Assembly: GCA_963514005.1 (NCBI GenBank)
Contig: OY740782.1
Coordinates: forward strand, 150,722,001-150,786,000
Reading direction: 5' to 3'
Length of the DNA: 64,000 bases
From: Raja brachyura
Taxonomy: Eukaryota
Of the stretch, positions 11,153-22,975 are shown in pieces (the stretch's first letter is position 1; each line of letters opens with the position of its first letter). The position numbers and the translations under genes are program-made. The notes beneath the pieces were generated by a model. The model searched no databases and had not been told where the DNA came from. It saw nothing but the letters and a program-made list of their open reading frames with translations.

Positions 11153-11636
11153 AAGGGCGTTATTTGTGGTGTTATTAATAAATCTTTTTCTGTTTCAGTA
11201 TAACCTCGTTTCATCAACTTGTTTACTCCAAGCCATCCTTGCTAGTGGTGTGTCCGCATGGACGTTGTCCAGGGCGTGTAATCACAGAAGCTTTGAAGTC
11301 TTCACGAAGTCACTCACGTGACTCCGAAATGAAATAGTAAGATTGAACGAGAACTTACCAAGTTTGAAGGTTGATCTTTATTTCATGAGGAGTTGCGGTG
11401 AGGGATTTTGTGCCCTCCGCTCCCAACCCTCGATCATCTTCAGCTGGTAATTAGAGTCTCTTTAAATCTTACTATGCCAAGTCATTTCTGTTGTTGTTTC
11501 TGTGATTCCACACCGCTGCTTTGAAGAATGTCGCGCATGCGTGCCGGCGGGCTCTTCACGAAATCCCTCACCGCAACTCCTCATGAAATAAAGATCAACC
11601 TTCAAACTTGGTAAGTTCTCGTTCAATCTTACTATT

Positions 11637-11970
11637 CCCTCTTCCAAATCATTAATATATATGGTAAACAGTTGCGGCCCCAACACCGAGCCTTGCGGCA
11701 CTCCACTCGCCACTGCCTGCCATTCTGAAAAGGACCCTTCACTCCTACTCTTTGCTTCCTGTCTGCCAACCAATTTTCTATCCACGTCAACACCCTACCC
11801 CCAATACTATGTGCTCTAATTTTAGTCACCAGTCTCCAGTACGGGACCTTATCAAAGGCTTTCTGAAAGGCTAGTTATACTATGTCCACTGGCACCCCTT
11901 CATCCATTTTACTTGTCACATCCTCAAAAAATTCCAGAAGATTAGTCAAGCATGATTTCCCTTTCATAAA
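11637..11970 (-). mobile_element. CR1 LINE, remainder of the DIRS-interrupted copy
   Basis: [21 protein letters not shown]. Joins 6340 seamlessly (compare the uninterrupted sequence at 39531-39560). Confidence 0.9.
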
Positions 11971-13209
11971 TCCTTTCCTTTCATAAATGTTGTTGTATTG
12001 TGGTGCATTAATTTACTAAAACAAAGTGAAATATACAATTAATGGTCAATTAAATCATAAGGGTTGATAGGTTTAACATAAGCGCATGGCAGTGCATGCG
12101 CCAAAGGAGTATTTCTACTGCACTCAATAGTCAGAAAGAGATAACTGGTGCAGGAAAATACGCGGAGGAACACATGGATCGCAGCATTGGTCGATTTGTA
12201 AAACGTCTGTGTGCTCTGGCTAAAGTACATGGAATCCAGACCCCACTGATCATCCCAGATATGTTTTACATTTTCACACACGCCTACATTATATCACCCA
12301 GTGACCTTCACGCAGAAGCGTTCACTTCATGTACTCGGCTTCAGTGTGCAAAGGGAAACAATGTGGACACCTCTGGCCTTCGCTAAACTGGAAGATAATG
12401 AGCATCCATTCGGTATTTGACTCTGTTTTACTCAGGTCACTATCTGTGTGGTGCGTGACTAGCAATCATACCCACTATATGAACTACCTGATAACTCTGT
12501 GTCAGATAATCTCTAAACAGATTCCATACAGAATCTAAGAGACATTGATCCCACTGTACACGTGAAAGCTAATCCCAATCAAACACAGTAGCCGGGATTT
12601 ACATGATCACAATGTGTACTCCTGACAGTTTAACCAAAATGATGCAGCATGTAACCAATAAGATTGGTAGCTGGAATTTGCGAGATCTGTTGCTAGGTAG
12701 TTTTTTATTTTGTTAGTTGTTATTCACCATCAGAGTTTTCAGTGTTTGAGCAGCAGATTGAAAGTGCCTGATTAATTTAGCAGCACGGCCGACACAGGTG
12801 TTTCCTTTCAGTTACATGGTGAGCTCTTGCCCATCATTCATAATGAAATGGTTTGTCGTCGGCCACAGAAAATGTGGAAGAGGGGGGATATTCTGATTCG
12901 GCAGAATCTTAAATGCATTCATTCCTTACACTATTAGTCATTTTATCATTTATTCAATGTGCATTCTTATGATAACAAAGACCGTTTGTGCAGAGCCACA
13001 TAAACAGAAGCAATTAGAGGGAAGTATGAGGCCTTAATAAAGTTAATTTAGTTTCCCCACATCTATTTAATGGACTACTGTAGTCTTGGAGAAGACACGT
13101 GGAACCTGATCAATATGGCAGCGAGTTGAAATGAATTTGATATAATATAGGAGGACAAAAGGTAACAGATAGATCGCATGAGTGGGCCGTTCGATCTCAG
13201 ATTATGCGT

Positions 13210-15290
13210 TAGAAACATAGAAAGATAGAAAATAGGTGCAGGAGTAGGCCATTCGGCCCTTCAAGCCAGCACCGCCATTCAATATCACCGCTATTGCTGA
13301 TCATCCAGAATCAGTACCCCGTTCCTGCTTTCTCCCCATATCCATTGATTCCGTTATCCCCAGCTAAATCTAACTCTCTATTGAAAATATCCAGTAAATT
13401 GGCCTCCACTGCCTTCTGTGGCAGGGTGAAAATAATTTTCCTCATCTCAGTCCGAAATGGCCTATCCCTTAAAATCTTAAACTGTGACCCCTAGTTCTGG
13501 ATATCCCCAACATCGGGACATTATGCCTGCATCTACCCTGTCCAATGCTCTAAGAATTTTATATGTTTCTACATGATCTCCTCTCATCCTTCTAAATTAC
13601 AGCGAATACAAGTCCAGTCAACACATTCTTTCATCATACGTCAGTCCCACCATCCCGGGAATTAACCTGGTGAACCTACGCTGCACTCCCATAATAGCAA
13701 GAATGTCCTTCCTCAAATTAGGAGACGAAAATTACACACAATATTCCAAGTGTGGTCTCACCAGGGCTCTGTACAACTGCAGTAGGAACTCCTTGCTCCT
13801 AAACTCAAATCCTCTCGCTATGAAGGCCAACACTATGAGCTTTCTTCACTGCCTGCTGTACCTGCATGCTTACTTTCAGTGACTGATGTACAAGCACACC
13901 CAGGTCTCGTTGCACCTTCCCTTTTCCTAATAACAATGACACCATTCCGTTAATAATCTACCTTCCTTTTCTTGCCACCAAAGTGGATAACCTCACATTT
14001 ATCCACATTATGCTGCACCTGCCATGCTTCTGCCCACTCACCCAACCTATACAATATGTGAGGAGGATGCTAGGAGGCTGCAAGGTGACTTGGATAGGTT
14101 GGGTGAGTGGGGAAATGCATGGCAGATGCAGAATAATGTGGATAAATATGAAGTTATCCACGTTGGCGGCAAAAACAGGAAAGTAGACTATTATCTGAAT
14201 GGTGGCCGATGAGGAAAAGGGGAGACGCAACGAGACCTGGGTGTCATGGTACACCAGTCATTGAAAGTGGGCATGCTGGTGCAGCAGGCTGTGAAGAAAG
14301 CGAATGGTATGTTGGCATTCATAGCAAAAGGATTTAAGTACAAGAGCAGGGAGGTTCCACTGCAGTTGTACAGGGTCTTGGTGAGGCTACACCTGGAGTA
14401 TTGCGTACAGTTTTGGTCTCCTAATCTGAGGAAAGACATTCTTGCCATAGAGGGAGTACAGAGAAGGTTCACCAGACTGATTCCTGGGATGGCAGGACTT
14501 CCATATGAAGAAAGACTGGATAGACTCGGATTGTACTCGCTGGAATTTAGGAGATTGAGGGGGGATCTTATAGAGGCTTACAAAATTCTTAAGGGGTTGG
14601 ACAGGCTAGATGCAGGAAGATTGTTCCCGATGTTTGGGAACTCCAGAACAAGGGGTCACAGTTTAAGGATAAGGGGGAAGTCTTTTAGGACCGAGATGAG
14701 AAGATCTTTTTTCATACAGAGACTGGTGTCTGGGGAATTCTCTGCCACAGAAGGTAGTTGAGGCCAGTTCATTGGCTATATTTAAGAGGGAGTTAGATGT
14801 GGCCCTTGTGGCTAAAGGGATCAGGGGGTATGGAGAGAAGGCAGGTACAGGATATTGAGTTGGATGATCAGCCATGATCATATTGAATGGCGGTGCAGGC
14901 TCGAAGGGCTGAATGGCCTACTCCTGCACCTATTTTGTATGATTCCATGATTCTATGCTATAAGCCCAGCAGCTGCATAGCATCTTCCTCGCAGCCCACA
15001 CTGACACCTAGCTTTGTATCACCTGCAAACTTAGAGATGTTACATTTAATTCCCTTGTCTAAATTGTTGATATATATTGTAAACAACCGGGACCTTGCAC
15101 CGAGCCTTGCGGTACCCCACTAGTCACTGCCTGCCATTCTGAAAAGGACCCGTTAATTGCTACTCTTTGCTTCCTGTCTACCAACCAGTTCTCTATCCAT
15201 GTCAATACTCTACCCCCAATACCATGTGCTCTAATTCTGCACACTAATCTCTTTTGTGGGACCTTGTCAAAGGCTTTCTGCAAGTCCAAA
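13210..15290. mobile_element. Nested CR1 LINEs: a minus copy (13210-14054 plus 14958-15290) interrupted by a plus copy (~14055-14957)
   Basis: CR1 RT motifs on both strands; tails at 13210 and ~14950. Confidence 0.85.
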
Positions 15291-15299
15291 GGCTTTCTG

Positions 15300-15812
15300 C
15301 AAGACCAACCCGACCTCCCGGTGGCTCAGCACTTCAACTCCCCCTCCCATTCCGTATCCAACCTCTCGGTCCTGGTCCTCCTCCACGGCCAGAGTGAGCA
15401 ACACCGCAAGTTGGAGGAACAGCACCTCATAATCCGCTTGGGGAGTCTGCATCCTCTTGGGCTTAAACATTGAATTTTCTCAATTCTGTTAACCCTTGAT
15501 GTCTCCTCCCCTTCCCACCTCTCCCTCAGCCCTCGGGCCCTGGCATTCCTTCTCTCTCTATCTCTCCCCCACCCAAGTTGCACTAGCTTCTCATTTTCAC
15601 ACTACGAACAGCTTACAATGGCCTATTTCCTTTATCATCGATACTTTTTTGCATATCTTTCATTCATTGTTCTTTATCTCTCCACATCACTGTCTATATC
15701 TCTCGTTTCCCTGATCCCTAACCAGTCTGAAGAAGGGTCTCGACCCGAAACGTCGCCTATCTCCTTCGCTCCCTAGATGCTGCTGCACCCGCTGAGTTTC
15801 TCCAGCTTTTTG
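15300..15812 (+). mobile_element. Penelope-like element 3' end (GIY-YIG tail and pLTR)
   Basis: PVAQHFNSPSHS...RKLEEQHLIIRLGSLHP, followed by a hammerhead motif. Confidence 0.82.
15722..15760 (+). ncRNA. Minimal hammerhead ribozyme motif (Penelope type)
   Basis: CTGAAGA-A-GGGTC-TC-GACCC-GAAAC-GTC: intact core boxes and a perfect stem II. Confidence 0.75.
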
Positions 15813-16031
15813 TGTACTATCGGTAAATTAAAGTCACCCATGATAACCGCTGTATCTTTGCTGCATGCATCCCTAATTTCCTGCTTGATGCTATCCCCAA
15901 CCTCCATCCTGCTGTTTGGGGTCTGTACACCACTCCAACAAACGTTTTCTGCCCTTGGCTATTTCACAGTTCTACCCATATTGCATCTTGGCAACAAATT
16001 GCAGAATGATCTACGCTGGAATGGTCAGACT

Positions 16032-17007
16032 CATATAACCATATATAACCATATAATAATTACAGCACGGAAACAGGCCTTCTCGGCCCTTCCAGTCCGT
16101 GCCGACCATTTATTTTTCCCCTAGTCCAATCTACTTGCACTCAGACCATACCACTCAATTCCCTTCCCGTCCATATACCTATCCACTTTACTTTTAAATG
16201 TTACAATCGATCCTGCCTCCACCACTTCTGCTGGAAGATCATTCCACACAGCCACCACTCTCTGAGTAAAGAAGTTCCCCCTCATGTTACCCCTAAACGT
16301 CTGTCCCTTAATTCTCATGTCATGCCCTCTTGTTTGAATCTTCCCTACCCTCAATGGGAAAAGCTTATCCACGTCAACTCTGTCTACATCATGTAACAGT
16401 GAAAGCAACAGGTGTCCTAAACTTCCTAAGGCGCAACTTCCATCATTGTTCAGCTTCTGTCAAGGAGAAGCTGTATTTCACCCTCGTTAGACCTCATCTG
16501 GACTACGCAGTTGCCAGAGAATACACAGATAAAAACATTTCATCCATCGAACGTGTCCAAAGACAGGCCGCTCGATTTGTTACTAACACCTACGAGAGAG
16601 AAGCGAGTGTCACCAAACTTCTGAATTCTCTGGGGTGGAACCCTCTCCAAGACAGACGTGAAGCTCACCATTTGACCTGTTTTTACAAAATGTTAAATGG
16701 TCAGCGAAACATAGATCACAAGACCTACACCAACCCCAAACCAATTAGGAGCAGATGAGGGCATTCGATCCAATTTATGGTCCCAGCCTCAAAGACAGAT
16801 GTGTACAGCAATTCGTTCTTTCCACGCACTATTAAAGCAGTGAATAATCTCCACCAAGCCACGGTTGCCCAGCCAGATGCAACTAAATTTAAAGTGGCAC
16901 TTTCTTCCCAATAACCCTCTCTGGCTAAACCCCTCCCTTCACCACCTCCAGTTTAAATTCCAGTTGGAATATTTTGGAGGACCAAGTGACCAAGAACCAA
17001 GAACCAT
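16032..17007. mobile_element. CR1 3' end (minus, 16032-16385) abutting the 3' end of a CR1/L2-group LINE (plus, ~16390-17007)
   Basis: (ACCATATA)n tail; LYFTLVRPHLDYA, ERVQRQAARFV, SFFPRTI; (ACCAAGA)n tail. Confidence 0.75.
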
Positions 17008-17814
17008 ACTGATTTTACAACATCCAAACTAATGTCTCTCCTTGCTATTGCATTATTGCTTATTGGTCGTTCAACTTGATCATGAATGATCGGCCAAAAT
17101 GTTACGTTTTCCCTGCCGCATCTGTGTCTCACTTCATTTTATTAGCCTCAGAACTCACCGTTAAAGCTTAATATTTTTTAATTGAATGGCATTTCATATT
17201 TATTCATATTCCAATTGTTTTCACCTTTCCCCCACATATGATGTGGCTGGAGTCCAACACTCCACCGTTAGCAAAGAGCAGGAGGTAACTGAACGGAAGC
17301 ACCTGTGGATTATTTAGAGAAATGAATGTACTGATTCCAGCCCGATGCACAGAGCTGCTGACTGCAAACTAACAACTCCAAGATCTGCCCAGCAACACGT
17401 GTCTCATACCCTCAACTGGCGACGCAATTGGATAACCAATGGGTCTTTAGGATTCATAATTTAATTGTGCTCTCTGACAGTTTGGACCCAAAGGCACTCT
17501 GGACTCAAAGTGAGAAGTGTAAATGATTAAAAGACCGAATGGACACTCATTACATCCATTCACAAATTTGCTAGATGCAGTTCTTGGAGTTGGAGGGATC
17601 TAATGATATTTGGAAGAATCGGACACATGACCATCAGCAGTGATTGGGTTGAAGGCTGAACCAGTTTTAAGGGCCGAATGGCCTACCTTGCTCCAATCAT
17701 TAATGTTCGTGTCTAGTCATGATCCGTTACTATAATATTTTTCAGTCTACAACACTGTTGTTCATGAAATCGCGTTACAAATATTTCCCTGAAGCATGTC
17801 CCATGCACAATATC

Positions 17815-18262
17815 AATAGACAATAGACAATAGGTGCAGGAGTAGGTCATTCGGCCCTTCGAGACAGCACCGCCATTCAATGTGATCATGGCTGATCATC
17901 CCCAATCAGTACCCTGTTCCTGCCTTCTCCCCATATCCCCTGACTCCGCTATCTTTAAGAGCCCTATCTAGCTCTCCCTTGAAGGTATCCAGAGAACCGG
18001 CCTCCACCGCCCTCTGAGGCAGAGAATTCCACAGATTCACAACTCTCTGTGTGAAAATGTGTTTCCTCGTCTCCGTTCTAAATGGCTGACCCCTTATTCT
18101 TAAACTGTCGCCCCTGGTTCTGGACTCCCCCAACATCGGGAACATGTTTCCTCCCTTTAGCGTACCAAACCCTGAATAATCTTATGTGTTTCAATAAGAT
18201 CCCCTCTCATCTTCTAAACTCCAGAGTTTACAAGCCCAGCTGCTCCATTCTCTCAGCATATG
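17815..18262 (-). mobile_element. CR1 3' fragment
   Basis: MFPMLGESRTRG...FTQRVVNLWNSLP; (CAATAGA)n tail. Confidence 0.85.
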
Positions 18263-18337
18263 ATAAACAGCATAACATGGTGAAAATGACGTCTCAGAGA
18301 GTTTAAATGTGAATAAATTATGATAATTCACCTTAGA

Positions 18338-21072
18338 ACCATATAACCATATAACAATTACAGCACGGAAACAGGCCTTCTCGGCCCTTCCAGTCCATGC
18401 CGACCATTTATTTTCCTCTAGTCCCATCTACCTGCACTCAGACCATACCCCTCAATTCCCTTCCCGTCCATATACCTATCCACTTTACTTTTAAATGTTA
18501 CAATCGATCCTGCCTCCACCACTTCTGCTGGAAGATCATTCCACACAGCCACCACTCTCTGAGTAAAGAAGTTCCCCCTCATGTTACCCCTAAACTTCTG
18601 TCCCTTAATTCTCATGTCATGCCCCCTTGTTTGAATCTTCCCTAACCTCAATGGGAAAAGCTTATCCACGTCAACTCTGTCTATCCCTTTCACTATTTAA
18701 AAAACCTCAATCAAGTCCCCCCTTAACCTTCTGTGCTCCAAAGAATAAAGACCCAACTTGTTCAACCTTTCTCTGTAACTTAGTTGCTGGAACCCAGGCA
18801 CCATTCTAGTAAATCTCCTCTGTACTCTCTCTATTTTGTTGACATCCTTCCTATAATTAAGCGACCAAAATTGTACACCATACTCCAGAATTGGTCTTAC
18901 CAATGCCTTGTACAAATTTAACATTACTTCCCTACTCCTATATTCAATGCTCTGATTTATAAAGGCCAGCACACCAAAAGCTTTCTTTACCACCCTATCT
19001 ACATGCGATTCCACCTTCAGGGAACTATGCACAGTTATTCCTAGATCCCTCTGTTCCACAGCATTCCTCAATTCCCTACCATTTACCATGTACGTCCTAT
19101 TTTGATTTGTCCTGCCAAGATGTAGCACCTCACACTTATCAGCATTAAACTCCATCTGCCATCTTTCAGCCCACTCTTCCAAATGGCCCAAATCTCTCTG
19201 TAGACTTTGAAAATCTACTTCATTATCCACAGCACCCCCTATCTTAGTATCATCTGCATACTTACTTATCCAAGTTTCCACCCCATCATCTAGATCATTG
19301 ATGTACATGACAAACAACAGTGGACCCAACACCGATCCCTGAGGCACCCCACTGGTCACCGGCTTCCAACCTGACAAACAGCCATCCACCATTACTCTCT
19401 GGCATCTCCCATTAAGCCACTGTTGAATCCATCTTGCTACTCCACCATTAACACCCAAAGATTGAACCTTCTTAACCAACCTTCCATGGGGAACCTTGTC
19501 AAAGGCCTTACTGAAATTCATGTAGACAACATCCACTGCTTTACCCTCATTAATTTCCCTTGTAACCTCTTCAAAAAATTCAAGAAGGTTTGTCAAACAT
19601 GACCTTCCAGGCACAAATCCATGTTGACTGTTCTTGATCAGACCCTGTTTATCCAGATGCTTATATATATTATCTCTAAGTATCCTTTCCATTAATTTGC
19701 CCACCACCGACGTCAAACTAACAGGTCTATAATTGCTAGGTTTATTCTTTGAACCCTTTTTAAACATGCGCAGTACGCCAATCCTCTGGCACTATTCCCG
19801 TTTCTAATGACATCTGAAATATTTCTGTCATAGCCCCTGCTATTTCTACACTAACTTCCCTCAATGTCTTAGGGAATATCCTGTCTGGACCTGGAGACTT
19901 ATCCACTTTTATATTTTTCAAAAGTGTCAGTACTTCCACCTCTTTGAATCTCATAGTTTCCATAGCTACTCTACTTTTTTCCCTTACCTCACAGAGCTCA
20001 ATATCCTTCTCCTTGGTGAATACCGAAGTAAAGAAATTGTTCAATATCTCCCCCATCTCTTTTGGCTCTGCAGATAGCTGTCCATTCTGGCTCTCTAATG
20101 GTCCAATTTTATCCCTCATTATCCTTTTGCTATTAATATAGCTGTAGAAACCCTTTTGATTTACTTTCACCTTTCTTGCCAAAGCAACCTCATATCTTCT
20201 TTTAGCTTTTCTTATTTCTTTCTTAAGATTCTTTTTACACTTTATACTCCTCTAGCACCTCATTTACTCCGTGCCTCCTATAATTATTGTAGATATCTCT
20301 CTTTTTTCGAATCAAGTGTCCAATTTCCCTTGAAAACCATGGCTCTTTCCGATTTTAACTATTTCCTTTCAATCGAACAGGGACATAAAGATTCTGTACT
20401 CTTACAATTTCCCCTTTAAATGTCCTCCATTTCTCTTCTACATCCTTCCCATAAAACAAAATGTCCCAATTCACTCCTTTTAAATCATTACGCATTCCCT
20501 CAAAGTTAGCCTTTCTCCAATCAAAAATCTCAACCCTAGGTCCAGTTCTGACTCTCTCCATAATTATATTGTAACTAATGGTATTGTGATCACTGGTCCC
20601 GAAGTGCTCACCAACGCATACCTCCGTCACCTGACCTGCCTCATTTCCTCACAGGAGGTCCAGCACTGCCCCTTCTCTGGTCGATACCTCTACGTATTGC
20701 TGCAAAAAACTATCCTGCACACATTTAACAAACTCCAAACCATCCAGCCCATTTACAGAATGTGTTTCCCAGTCTATTTTTGGAAAATTGAAATCTCCCA
20801 CAATCACTACCTTGTGCTTACTACTAATATCTGCTATCTCCTTACATATTAGCTCTTCCAATTCTCGCTCCCCATTTGGCGGTCTATAATACACCCCAAA
20901 AAGTGTTGCTACACCGTTCCCACTTCTCAGTTCCACCCAAATAGCCTCCCTAGACGAGCCCTCTAATCTATCCTGCCATAGCACTGCTGTAATATCTTCT
21001 CTGACAAGCAATGCAACCCCTCCACCTCTGGTCCCTCCAATTCTATCACACCTGAAGCAACGAAATCCTTGA
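18338..21072 (-). mobile_element. CR1 LINE ORF2 (APE endonuclease and RT), 5'-truncated and frameshifted
   Basis: ORFs 20649-21083 (GVYYRPP, GDFNFP), 20355-20630 (SDHN), 19760-20182 (KSPGPD), 18697-19767 (YRPVSLTS, QGSVLGP, YADD). Confidence 0.93.
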
Positions 21073-21344
21073 CTTAATGTCAAATACTTTCAGAATTTGG
21101 CAGAACCTAGTGACGCTTGAGTGGCTTTACGTCTACAGAGAGTGTTACTGACATGGAGAAATTCAATAGAACAACGGACATTCACGAGGACAATCTCTGT
21201 GACTGAACTCTGCTTTCAGGATCTGTCTGTCTCCATCACAAAAGGTAGACTACGCACAGACGTCCATTAATACCCACTGACTCTCAGTCACTTTGACTGC
21301 ATCCTTCCAATCTGCCCCTTGCAAGGAAGCATCCCTTACTCTCC

Positions 21345-22060
21345 TACACAGTGAATGGTCGGCCTCTGGGTAATGTTGTAGAGCAGAGGGATCTAGGAGT
21401 ACAGGTGCATGGTTCCTTGAAGGTCGAGTCGCAGGTAGATAAGGTGGTCAACAAGGCTTTTGGCTCTTTGGCCTTCATCAGTCGGAGCATTGAGTATAGA
21501 AGTTGGGAGGTCATGTTGCAGTTGTATAAAAAGTTGGTGAGGCCGCATTTAGAATATTGTGTTCAGTTCTGGGCACCATGTTATAGGAAAGATGTTGTCA
21601 AGCTTGAAGGGGTTCAGCAAAGATTTACAAGGATGTTGCCAGGACTAGAGGGTGTTAGCTATAGGGAGAGGTTGAGTAGGCCAGGTCGCTATTTCATGGA
21701 GCGCAGGAGGATGAGGGGTGATCTTATAGAGGTGTACAAAATGATGAGAATAGGGGAATCGAGGACCAGAGGACATGGGTTCAAGGTGAAAGGGAAAAGA
21801 CTTATTAGGAGTACGATGGGTAACATTTTCACACAGAGGGTGATGGGTGGATGGAACAAGCTGCCAGAGGTAGATGAGGCTGGGACTATCCCATCGTTTA
21901 AGAAACAGTTGGACAGGTACATGGATAGCACAGGTTTGGAGGGTTATGGACCAAGCGCAGGCAAGTGGGACAAGTGTAGCTGGGGCATTGTTGGTCGGTG
22001 TGGTCGAGTTGCGCCGAAGGGCCTGTTTCCACACTGTATCACTCTATGTTTCTATGACTC
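21345..22060 (+). mobile_element. CR1 3' fragment
   Basis: ORF 21351-22190 N-terminal part: QRDLGVQVH, LVRPHLEYCVQFW. Confidence 0.88.
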
Positions 22061-22975
22061 TATCTTTCCGTTTCCGCCCCTTCCGCTTTCCGCAGAGACC
22101 ACATTGTCCGCAGTTGCTTGGTCTGCTCATCTCTCCCCACCGAAACCACTCCATTCCCAAGCATTTCCCCTACATCCGCATGGAATGTAACGCCCGGCCG
22201 GACATCTCCTGTTTCACTTCCACCAGCCACGCAGGCAGTCGTCCCAGTTCAGACTGAGATTCACATGCACCTCTGCAGATCACGTGTGCAGCATTTGTTT
22301 CCCGCGATGCTCATTCGTGTACATTGGTGAGACCAAGCGTACACTGGGTGAACGCTTTGACGACCATTTACGCTCTCTCCGTAAGGTTCACAGTCAGTTA
22401 AGCTCTGCTCCCCATTCCCACACCGAGCATCTTCCATTGTCAATCTTGGCCTCACACACAGTGGAGAGCAGCATCTGATGATCCGCTTGGATATCTTACA
22501 ATGGAACAGTATAAACACCGACTTCTCCAATTTAGAATCATAGCCCCCTGCACACGCTCTCTTTCTCATTCTTGTGCACATATTTTACTCCCCAACATCC
22601 AGCTCTCTAGTCACCTTCGTCATTTAAATTTAAAAACTCTACCTCCGCTACATGAACGACTGCATCGGTGCCACCTCCTGCACCAATGCAGAACTCACTG
22701 ACCATTAACGTCACGACCACATTTCCATCCTGCACTGAAATTCACTTGGACCATCTCCGACATCTCCACGCCGACCGTCACCATCACAGGAGACAGGCTA
22801 TCGACTGACATCTATGACAAACCCACTGACTCTCATTGCTATCTAGACTTCTTCCCAGCCTGTTCCCTGTAAAGACTCTCTCCCTACTCCCAATTCCTCC
22901 TCCTACGCCGCATCTGCGCCCACGATGAAGTGTTCCATGCCAGCTCATCCGAGATGTCCTCATTCACGAGATGTC
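22060..22975 (+). mobile_element. Penelope-like fragments (GIY-YIG and RT C-terminus); a related piece lies at ~21200-21345
   Basis: VYIGETKRTLGERF; TDIYDKPTDSH..L; PYSQFL.LRRIC. Confidence 0.78.

Larger units (their letters stand above)
6341..11636 (+). mobile_element. DIRS1-type retrotransposon, near-intact
   Basis: Left ITR ~6368-6401 and right ITR 11529-11562; ICR ~11299-11408; right extension to 11636. Inserted at an ATT within a CR1. Contains gag, RT-RH-MT and YR ORFs. Confidence 0.96.

Noticed and set aside
11990-13200. Non-repetitive-looking stretch with short ORFs (12096-12386)
   Set aside because: No recognisable domain, exon structure or RNA motif; cannot be supported without a database search.
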